In this document: positions 56,271-64,000 of the stretch, piece by piece | Position numbering within the stretch: the stretch's first letter is position 1 | How the letters are laid out: each line of letters starts with the position of its first letter | NCBI GenBank assembly: GCA_001769035.1 | Contig: MENF01000150.1 | Location: 10,848-74,847, forward strand | Source of the DNA: Bacteroidetes bacterium GWA2_32_17 | GTDB lineage: Bacteria > Bacteroidota > Bacteroidia > Bacteroidales > GWA2-32-17 | Direction: 5' to 3' | DNA: 64,000 bases | Made by a program: the position numbers and the translations under genes | Notes under the pieces: generated by a model | Databases searched by the model: none | What the model was told of the DNA's origin: nothing | What the model saw: the letters and a program-made list of their open reading frames with translations, nothing else

Positions 56271-57990
56271 CTTCAAACGAAAAGGAGATATTATTTTTCT
56301 CAATTCCGGTAATAATAAAATTCTTTTGAATTAACCAAAAATTTGGGTCCATTTCGATTGAATCAACAAGTTCAGGAAAATAAATTTTATACGTTTCATT
56401 ATTCGTTCCTTGGAATAATCTTATAATTGTGTCGGCTGTTGCATAATTAATCTTTAAATCAAAATGAGTTTTAAACAAAGTAGTAATAGAAGTTGATGTT
56501 GTTTGGTTTGATGTAATTGTTAAAGTGTCGTTATTCTGGCTCCAATTAATATTAAAGGTTGGATATCCTTCACCATATATCCATTGGTTGAAAAAATCTG
56601 TAAAATTATTAGATGTAGTCGTTTCTACACTTTGCTTAAAATCGTCAGTAGTTGCATTGGCATAAGCATGTGCACTTAAAAAATTCCTTAAAACAGTAAA
56701 AAAAATCGAATCATTATTTATTTCATAACGCAACATATGTGTTACTGCTGCACCTTTACAATATGATAATCTTGCATCAAAAATTCTAGCAGGGTTTAAT
56801 AATTGCGAATTCGGAACATATACACTTCCTCCAGGCGAAGATTTTATATAAGTATGATATGCATTTATCCACAAATCTGCACGGAATTGCCCTTCAATAT
56901 TTTGTAATGCTATATATTCCACATAACTACCTAAACCTTCGTTAAGCCATACATCATTCCAAGTTGCACAAGTAACATAATCGCCAAACCAATGATGAGC
57001 AAATTCATGCGCAGTGACCCAACAATAAAAAACTCCTAAATCTGTCATCGTTGTGTCCAATGATAAATACCCCATTGTACTTAATGTTTGATGCTCCATT
57101 CCATCCCATCCTACTCCGATAACACAATTCCCATATTTTTCATTTTTAAAGGGGTAAGTGCCAAATATTTCAGAATACAAATACATTAATTCATTCGTTT
57201 TTTCGAGTGCGACCAGATGAATAGGATAATATGTACTATTATATATTAAAAAATTTTGCATCAATACCGAATCCTGATTAGTCAATGGAGTATAATACGT
57301 TTTTTCTTCATAAGGACGACCAACAACAAAGGAAATTAAATAGTAGGCAATAGGATAATGAGTTACCCATTTATATTTGCATTTTCCATTGGATAATGTT
57401 GTTTTTGATATTAGCAATCCATTTGAGCCTGTTATATTTGTCGAGTCTGTTGTAATATAAAAAGTAACAGAGTCTGCTTTGTCAGTTAATACTTGCTTTA
57501 CAGGAAACCAGATTTTAGCGCCAAATGGTTCACCCAAACTATATGATTGAGTATTGCCCGAATATGTTTTAGTATAAATCCCATTATAATTATAATATAT
57601 TGAACCACTATTATGCCCATTTCCATGGTAATATATTTGTGCAGAAAATGCTTGATTCTGAGGAATGGCTGTTGTCAATGGAATAAATATGAAATCATTA
57701 TGGTGCTGAAATACATTTGAAACTCCATTTACAAACACAGAATCAACAACCATATAAGTTTGGTTTGCAACAATGGTATCAATCAGGTCAACAACAAATG
57801 TGTCCATGCTTATTGCATTTACTTTTGCATTTATGATTACATTTCCACTAATTACTGTTGATGAGTTGCTGATTTGCAAGTCTAAAATGTACTGCTTAAC
57901 ATCATATTTGTCTTCTAAAATATTTTGAGAAAAAACAAATTGATTAAATAGGATAAAAAATGATCCGATTAGAATTAAAGTTTTTTTCAT
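56044..57990 (-). CDS. M1-family aminopeptidase with T9SS C-terminal sorting domain
   Basis: WDGMEHQT (GxMEN-like), HEFAHHWFGD...WLNEG zinc site, and a CTD nearly identical to that of 54189-55751. Confidence 0.85.
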   Translation of the reverse strand: MKKTLILIGSFFILFNQFVFSQNILEDKYDVKQYILDLQISNSSTVISGNVIINAKVNAISMDTFVVDLIDTIVANQTYMVVDSVFVNGVSNVFQHHNDFIFIPLTTAIPQNQAFSAQIYYHGNGHNSGSIYYNYNGIYTKTYSGNTQSYSLGEPFGAKIWFPVKQVLTDKADSVTFYITTDSTNITGSNGLLISKTTLSNGKCKYKWVTHYPIAYYLISFVVGRPYEEKTYYTPLTNQDSVLMQNFLIYNSTYYPIHLVALEKTNELMYLYSEIFGTYPFKNEKYGNCVIGVGWDGMEHQTLSTMGYLSLDTTMTDLGVFYCWVTAHEFAHHWFGDYVTCATWNDVWLNEGLGSYVEYIALQNIEGQFRADLWINAYHTYIKSSPGGSVYVPNSQLLNPARIFDARLSYCKGAAVTHMLRYEINNDSIFFTVLRNFLSAHAYANATTDDFKQSVETTTSNNFTDFFNQWIYGEGYPTFNINWSQNNDTLTITSNQTTSTSITTLFKTHFDLKINYATADTIIRLFQGTNNETYKIYFPELVDSIEMDPNFWLIQKNFIITGIEKNNISFSFEVFPNPAKNNITIELNQVSDLQNNIISIYDIQGQLLIQQRVLQNNLKMDISMLEKGVYIVKLNNNKQFAVSKFVKM

Positions 57991-58119
57991 TTTGATAATA
58001 TTTTAAATAAATTATTATTTGCAATAAATTTATACGTAAATATATAATAATTGTTTGTGTTAATTTTTTTGTGTTTTTGTGAAATCTGTGGCTTATCTTT
58101 GTGTTTTTAAATTGATAAC

Positions 58120-61100
58120 ATGGAATTAAACGAAATCATTAAAAATCAGATTCTTGTTCTCGACGGTGCTATGGGTACAATGATTCAGCGTTACAAACTT
58201 AACGAAGAAGATTACAGGGGTAAACGATTTATTAATCACACTCACTCTTTAAAAGGCAATAATGATTTGTTGGTATTAACTCAACCTCAAATAATTTCAG
58301 AAATTCACGAAAAATATTTAGAAGCAGGTGCCGATATTATTGAAACCAATACTTTTAATGCACAAAAAGTTTCACAGTCTGATTATAAATTAGAAAATTT
58401 AGCTTACGAATTAAATTTTGAGGCAGCAAAAATTGCAAAACAATGTGCAATAAAATATACCACCGAAAGTAAACCTCGTTTTGTAGCTGGCTCTATTGGT
58501 CCAACAAATAAAACAACTTCACTTTCGCCCGATGTTAATAATCCTGCCTCGCGAAGCATTACTTTTGATAAATTAGTAATTGCATATTCCGAACAAATTA
58601 ACGGTTTAATTGATGGTGGTGTTGATATTATTTTAATTGAAACAATTTTTGACACGCTTAACGCTAAAGCTGCACTTTTTGCCTGCGAAGATGTTTTTCG
58701 CAAAAAAAACAAACGTTTCCCCATAATGATTTCGGTTACAATAACCGATAATGCTGGTCGTACACTTTCGGGACAAACACTTGAAGCATTTTTAATTTCA
58801 ATATCGCATGCTGATTTATTTTCGGTTGGCTTAAATTGTGCTTTTGGTGCAAAACAAATTGAACCATATCTCGAAGAACTTTCACGCAAGGCATGGTGTT
58901 ACGTTAGCGTTTACCCAAACGCTGGGTTGCCAAACCAGTTTGGCGAATACGACGAAAGTGCCGAAGAAATGGCTAAAACCGTTTCAACATTTGCAAAAAA
59001 AGGATTAGTGAATATTGTTGGCGGTTGTTGTGGTACCACACCTCAACATATTAATGCAATTGCTCAAAATGTAACATTATACAAACCACGCGTTGTACCT
59101 ACATTTGAAAATTTAACAAAACTCAGCGGATTAGAGCCACTTATTATTCGAAAAGAATCGAATTTTATTAATATTGGCGAACGTACAAATGTTTCGGGGT
59201 CAATGAAATTTGCAAAATTAATTCGCGAACACAAATACGAAGAGGCATTAAGCGTTGCTCGTCAACAAATAGAAAATGGAGCACAAGTTTTTGATATTAG
59301 TTTAGACGATGGAATGATTGACGCCGAAACAGAATTGCCTTTATTTTTACGATGGATTGCCTCCGACCCCGATGTTGCAAAAGTTCCGATAATGGTTGAT
59401 TCTTCAAAATGGACAGTTTTAGAAAATAGCTTAAAATGTGTTCAGGGAAAAATTATTGTAAATTCCATAAGCTTAAAAGAGGGCGAAGAAATTTTTATTG
59501 AAAGAGCAAAAAAAATCAGACAATATGGTGCGGCTGCAATAATTATGGCTTTCGACGAAGATGGTCAAGCAACTACATATCAGCGAAAAATAGATGTTTG
59601 TGCAAGAGCTTATAACATATTAACAAAACAAATTAATTTTCCGCCCGAAGATATAATTTTTGATGCCAATATTTTAACAATAGGCACTGGATTAGCAGAA
59701 CATAATAATTTTGCAGTTGAATTTCTTGACGCAATAAAATGGATTAAAGAAAATTTACCTTATGCAAAAACCAGTGGTGGCATTAGTAACTTATCGTTTG
59801 CTTTTAGAGGAAACGAGCCAATAAGACAAATTCTGCATTCTGTTTTTTTATATCATGCAATAAAAGCCGGATTAGACATGGGCATTGTAAATGCAGGAGC
59901 ATTACCAGTTTACAATGATATTGAACCTAACATTAAAAAACTTGCCGAAGATTTAATTTTTAACAGAACTACCGATGCTACCGAAAAGATTCTTGAAGCT
60001 GCAATAAATCTTAAAGGTGAATTACCTGCCGAATCAAACATAAATGAATGGAGAAAACTTCCTGTAAAAGAACGACTTATTCATGCACTTTTAAAAGGTA
60101 TTAACGATTTTATTGATGCAGACATTGCCGAAATATTAACAATAATTCCAAAACCAATAGAAATTATTGAAGGACCGTTAATGGAAGGAATGGGTAAGGT
60201 TGGCGATTTATTTGGCTCAGGTCAAATGTTTTTGCCACAGGTAATGAAAAGTGCAAGGGTAATGAAAAAAGCTGTTGCATTATTGCAACCATTGTTAGAA
60301 CAAAATAATCAAACATTAAACAGTTCAAAAGCAGGAAAAATTTTAATTGCAACGGTTAAAGGCGATGTACACGATATCGGAAAAAATATTGCTGGAATTA
60401 TTTTAGCTTGTAATAATTACGAAATTATTGATTTAGGCATAATGGTTCCCCGCGAAACTATACTTGCCGAAGCCATAAAACATAATGTTGACTTTATTGG
60501 ATTAAGCGGTTTAATTACTCCTTCGTTAGACGAAATGATTTATGTAGCTCAAGGAATGGAAGAACGAGGAATGAAAATGCCACTTTTAATTGGTGGAGCA
60601 ACAACTTCAAAAATACATACTGCTGTTAAAATTGCACAGGCATATTCGCAACCCGTAGTTCATGTAAAAGATGCCTCGTTGAGTGCCGGAATGGTTTCCG
60701 ATTTACTTAATCCACAAAAGAAAGACGATTTCGTAAAGAAACTTTATTCGGAATACGAAATATTAAAAAGCAATCACTTTAAAAAAGTCGAAAACACTAA
60801 ACAAATAACAGAACAAGAAGCACTTGCAAATTGTTTTAAATTCAATATTTCAAAAGCAAATATTGTAAAACCAAATGTTTTAGGTGTAAAAGTTTTAAGA
60901 AATATTTCTGTTAAAGAACTTATTCCGTACATAAGCTGGGCATATTTTTTTCATCAATGGCAATTTAAAGGAGGGTACCAAGCATTATTAAACGATACCG
61001 AAAAAGGAGAAGAAGCAAAAAAACTTTTGCACGATGCGCACGAAATGCTTAAAAAAATTGTTCAGGGAAATTTATTAACAGCAAATGCTGTTTTTGGCAT

Positions 61101-61689
61101 TTTTCCTGCCTATTCAAAAGAAAATATTGTTTATTATCAATTCAACAACATATTTGAAAAAATTAATTTTCCACGTAACCGCGAACCAAAAGAGAATAAA
61201 GAACCTAATTATTGTTTGTCAGACTTTATAGCTCCAAAGGAGTTAAATTCAAATGATTATTTTGGGATGTTTGTAACTACTGCTGGCATTGGAATTGAAA
61301 AAGCCGAGAAGCAATTTAAAGATGCCGGCGACGATTATTCAGCTTTAATGTTACGAATTATAGCCGATCGGCTTGCCGAAGCTCTTGCTGAATATTTACA
61401 CGAAAAAATAAGAAAAGAATTTTGGGGATATTCACCAAACGAAAATTTGAATGTGGAAGAAGTTATTAAAGAAAAATATCGCGGAATACGCCCGGCACCT
61501 GGTTATCCTTGTTGTCCCGAACATAAATTAAAATCAATTATTTTTGATAAACTTGATGTAACAAATAACATTGGAGCATCTTTAACCGAAAGTTATTCGA
61601 TGTATCCTGCCGCAACTGTTTCTGGATTTTATTTTGCACACCCGGAAGCAAGGTATTTTGGGACGTATAATAGACATCTTTCCAATTAA
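58120..61689 (+). CDS. metH: Cobalamin-dependent methionine synthase
   Basis: Hcy-binding domain (LDGAMGTMIQ...GGCCGTTP), a pterin-binding domain, the B12 motif GDVHDIGKNI...SGL, and the activation domain RPAPGYPCCPEH. 1189 aa. Confidence 0.95.
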   Translation: MELNEIIKNQILVLDGAMGTMIQRYKLNEEDYRGKRFINHTHSLKGNNDLLVLTQPQIISEIHEKYLEAGADIIETNTFNAQKVSQSDYKLENLAYELNFEAAKIAKQCAIKYTTESKPRFVAGSIGPTNKTTSLSPDVNNPASRSITFDKLVIAYSEQINGLIDGGVDIILIETIFDTLNAKAALFACEDVFRKKNKRFPIMISVTITDNAGRTLSGQTLEAFLISISHADLFSVGLNCAFGAKQIEPYLEELSRKAWCYVSVYPNAGLPNQFGEYDESAEEMAKTVSTFAKKGLVNIVGGCCGTTPQHINAIAQNVTLYKPRVVPTFENLTKLSGLEPLIIRKESNFINIGERTNVSGSMKFAKLIREHKYEEALSVARQQIENGAQVFDISLDDGMIDAETELPLFLRWIASDPDVAKVPIMVDSSKWTVLENSLKCVQGKIIVNSISLKEGEEIFIERAKKIRQYGAAAIIMAFDEDGQATTYQRKIDVCARAYNILTKQINFPPEDIIFDANILTIGTGLAEHNNFAVEFLDAIKWIKENLPYAKTSGGISNLSFAFRGNEPIRQILHSVFLYHAIKAGLDMGIVNAGALPVYNDIEPNIKKLAEDLIFNRTTDATEKILEAAINLKGELPAESNINEWRKLPVKERLIHALLKGINDFIDADIAEILTIIPKPIEIIEGPLMEGMGKVGDLFGSGQMFLPQVMKSARVMKKAVALLQPLLEQNNQTLNSSKAGKILIATVKGDVHDIGKNIAGIILACNNYEIIDLGIMVPRETILAEAIKHNVDFIGLSGLITPSLDEMIYVAQGMEERGMKMPLLIGGATTSKIHTAVKIAQAYSQPVVHVKDASLSAGMVSDLLNPQKKDDFVKKLYSEYEILKSNHFKKVENTKQITEQEALANCFKFNISKANIVKPNVLGVKVLRNISVKELIPYISWAYFFHQWQFKGGYQALLNDTEKGEEAKKLLHDAHEMLKKIVQGNLLTANAVFGIFPAYSKENIVYYQFNNIFEKINFPRNREPKENKEPNYCLSDFIAPKELNSNDYFGMFVTTAGIGIEKAEKQFKDAGDDYSALMLRIIADRLAEALAEYLHEKIRKEFWGYSPNENLNVEEVIKEKYRGIRPAPGYPCCPEHKLKSIIFDKLDVTNNIGASLTESYSMYPAATVSGFYFAHPEARYFGTYNRHLSN

Positions 61690-61696
61690 ATTTTTA

Positions 61697-61714
61697 ATCC
61701 GATAGCTATCGGAT
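61697..61714. terminator. Perfect 18-bp palindrome ATCCGATAGCTATCGGAT just after the metH stop
   Basis: Exact reverse-complement symmetry. A near copy, atccgatagttatcggat, is at about 54002-54019. It may be a terminator or a repeat unit. Confidence 0.35.
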
Positions 61715-61727
61715 GCCATGACCATTT

Positions 61728-61926
61728 ATTGCCACGACCTTCAGGTCGTGGGTTGAATTGTGAAGAGGAGAAGCGGCTTTAGCCAAAATATTTTTACTAA
61801 ATCTGTGTAATTTAAAATCTTATTATATTCCTGCATAAATATTTTCTTTGATGTATGGCATAATATTGTTTTGGCTAAAGCCATGTTATTTATTTTAATA
61901 TTCCACGACCTAAAGGTCGTGGCAAT
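61728..61926. mobile_element. About 200-bp MITE-like element with palindromic terminal repeats
   Basis: attgccacgaccttcaggtcgtgg (61728-61751) pairs with ccacgacctaaaggtcgtggcaat (about 61903-61926). The inner arms are gcggctttagccaaaa and ttttggctaaagccatg. Confidence 0.7.
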
Positions 61927-61991
61927 ATACATATTAATTTTGCAACAATTTATTTGGAAAGATGTCTAATAATTAAATCGAAGTAAAATTA

Positions 61992-63470
61992 CTATTTAAT
62001 AAACAATTTAAAAGAACTACTTTTTTCTTTTGAAGCGACTTTCATTATTAATATCCCAGAATTTAGTTTTCCGTTAACGTTTATACTAACTTGCTCATTT
62101 GATTCAGCTTCAAGTATTTTATTTTGATAAACTTTTTGTCCCAACATATTGTAAATTTCAATTGTCCCATCAGTTAAACCAGAAATATATATTATATCGT
62201 TCGTAGGATTAGGAAAAATATTGATATCTGATAATTCATTTGTTTTTTTAATATTTAAATAAGTACAAAGCGAATTTGGAGTAGTTAATGTATCTCCATT
62301 TAAAACCTGAACTGTAACAATTCTACCCCAACCACCTTCCCAAAAGCCTTCAACATTCTCAATTAGCCCTTGCTTTTCTTTAATAAGTATATGATGTACC
62401 TCCAATGTATCGGTATTAACAAGAATATCAGTATAGTTAGATGGGTAACCGTAATAACTTACCAAAGAATAATACTTAAGAGGTAATTGCTCAAAAACTG
62501 TTTTATTATTTACTAGGTACAAATTGAATATAGAATAATAATCAGAACTTATCCTTTTATCCTGATACGACCTGCAATATTCAATCGGAAATCTGACAAG
62601 TGAAAAATCATTATTTATACCTGCACAATTATTAATTAATACTATGCAACTATCAGTTCCACCATTGCTCCACCATGTATGAATATTCCACCCATAATCA
62701 TCTAAATGTCCATATTGATAATATTGGTATTGATATTTTTTTATGTTTCCATAATAAAATGTACTGTCAACTTTTAAGCAAATCGAATTATAATAATTTC
62801 TGTCAGGCCACAATTGCCTGTCTTCATAATAAAAACTATCTTCTTCATGAAAGTCATAAATCTCCAAACTATCTGGAACATGATAGCCAATGGTATCTAT
62901 ACCTTCAACTCCTATTAATCTAAAATAACTTCCTGTATCACAAGGCCATTTTATAACTCCATGATTTTTAGAAAGAATTATTGTGTCGGTTGAATTTAGT
63001 AAAATTCCCATAAGTGAATCAGAAACTCCTAATACAGAACCTAATCCTTTAAAATAAACCGAAGCAAGAATACTTGCTGAAGTATCAAAAACCCATGAGT
63101 TGCCAACCTGTGCTGTTCTGTTTAAAATTAACGTATCAGGACTTGTTAAAATAATATTACCATTATTTATAATAGTAATATTTCGTTTTAAAAACAAGGG
63201 TTGATTTTTTAGTAAAAACATTGTTGCATTTAAACCGGGATAATATTGCAAATGGCAAGTGTCGCATGGAAGAATTACCCTATTCGTATAATAAGTTGTA
63301 TCTGTTCCATTGATTTTTATTGAATCTGCCCATAAACTAAAAATAGTATTAGTTGTATCGCAACTGTAATGATATGTCTTTCCGGTATCTACAAGAAGCC
63401 AATTTTGGGCTTTTATTTCATATAGGTTTATGAAAATAAAAAAAATGATAAATGGTAAAGTCTTTTTCAA
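61992..63470 (-). CDS. T9SS-sorted secreted protein of unknown function
   Basis: Signal peptide FIIFFIFINLYEIKAQ. C-terminal INIFPNPTNDIIYISGL...GILIMKVASKEKSSSFKLFIK. Confidence 0.55.
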   Translation of the reverse strand: MKKTLPFIIFFIFINLYEIKAQNWLLVDTGKTYHYSCDTTNTIFSLWADSIKINGTDTTYYTNRVILPCDTCHLQYYPGLNATMFLLKNQPLFLKRNITIINNGNIILTSPDTLILNRTAQVGNSWVFDTSASILASVYFKGLGSVLGVSDSLMGILLNSTDTIILSKNHGVIKWPCDTGSYFRLIGVEGIDTIGYHVPDSLEIYDFHEEDSFYYEDRQLWPDRNYYNSICLKVDSTFYYGNIKKYQYQYYQYGHLDDYGWNIHTWWSNGGTDSCIVLINNCAGINNDFSLVRFPIEYCRSYQDKRISSDYYSIFNLYLVNNKTVFEQLPLKYYSLVSYYGYPSNYTDILVNTDTLEVHHILIKEKQGLIENVEGFWEGGWGRIVTVQVLNGDTLTTPNSLCTYLNIKKTNELSDINIFPNPTNDIIYISGLTDGTIEIYNMLGQKVYQNKILEAESNEQVSINVNGKLNSGILIMKVASKEKSSSFKLFIK

Positions 63471-63601
63471 AGTTTATTGTTTTAATAAAGAATACAAATT
63501 TCAGTAAAAGGTTGCATTTAATCAAAAGAAAAATATATTTAATTTTGTACCTATCTGTTTCTTTTCTATTTTTGGAAATTATTAATTTAAAATAAAAAAA
63601 C

Positions 63602-64000
63602 ATGAAAAACTTATCAAAATCATTAACATTATTAAGCTTTGTAGCTTTATTTATTGTTGCAGTTTCGTGTGGTGGTGGCAAAAATTCAAAAGATGCCAAA
63701 GCCGAGCTAACCGAAAAAGGGAAACTTTTAACTTCAATTTCGTGGAAACTCGACCCAAATGCAACATTAAAAGGGACAACAGATGTAATAAAAGACACAA
63801 CAAGCATTACAGCAAACCTTGAATTAAAAGGCGATGTAAAAGCAATGGCTGATTTTATTGCTGAAACAGTTGTTTTTGGAATTGACAAAAAAGACCCTTC
63901 AAAATTATCATATTCAAGAACTATTGGCGAAGGATTTTTATCGTCATCAGTTCTTGGTTTTTGGAATTTTAACGAAAGCGAAACTGCAATAATTATGAGA
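63602..64000 (+). CDS. Lipoprotein, 3' end outside window (not in the ORF track)
   Basis: My translation from the ATG at 63602 gives 133 codons with no stop up to base 64000: MKNLSKSLTLLSFVALFIVAVSCGGGKNSKD... (signal plus lipobox VSCGG). The antisense ORF 63418-63888 in the track is its shadow. Confidence 0.6.
   Translation, partial: MKNLSKSLTLLSFVALFIVAVSCGGGKNSKDAKAELTEKGKLLTSISWKLDPNATLKGTTDVIKDTTSITANLELKGDVKAMADFIAETVVFGIDKKDPSKLSYSRTIGEGFLSSSVLGFWNFNESETAIIMR

Noticed and set aside
57991-58119. A cobalamin or SAM riboswitch upstream of metH
   Set aside because: Only about 130 nt are available. The stretch is very AT-rich and partly occupied by a repeat arm (tgtgaaatctgtggc). I could not find a B12-box-like or other conserved GC-rich core. 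An Infernal scan would settle this.

Overview
AT-rich chromosomal segment, probably from a Bacteroidota genome. Hand counts of sample lines give about 30% GC in coding DNA. The taxon call rests on many T9SS C-terminal sorting domains, the bamD-rpoZ-coaBC-DUF4835-recN gene order and a fused alpha/beta E1 dehydrogenase. I support about 45 protein genes and saw no rRNA, tRNA or CRISPR array. Housekeeping genes are lepA, sbcD/sbcC, sufB/C/D, recN, coaBC, bamD, metH, an MscS channel and a CDF transporter. Accessory content falls into four groups. (1) A six-gene, same-strand island at 10.7-17.0 kb holds an XRE regulator, an N6-adenine methyltransferase with an N-terminal PD-(D/E)xK-like domain, an S subunit and a translationally coupled 295-aa orphan. 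It ends with a membrane-anchored LRAT/PLAAT-like (H-box/NC) thiol hydrolase and a 90-aa bare Mrr-type nuclease core, and has no HsdR. This tail is my best candidate for an undescribed defence or toxin module. (2) A solitary Eco57I-like type IIG R-M enzyme sits at 48.3-51.1 kb, right after recN. (3) Three TPR-SpoIIE/PP2C phosphatase paralogues lie near a WD40 / Ig-like / degenerate-caspase / EF-hand protein and a small PAS protein. (4) Several T9SS-sorted peptidases are present. Intergenic DNA is full of small palindromic, MITE-like repeat families. Some sit in frame inside the phosphatase genes, and repeats occupy both internal spacers of the suf operon. All calls come from reading the sequence and the ORF track; no database search was possible.
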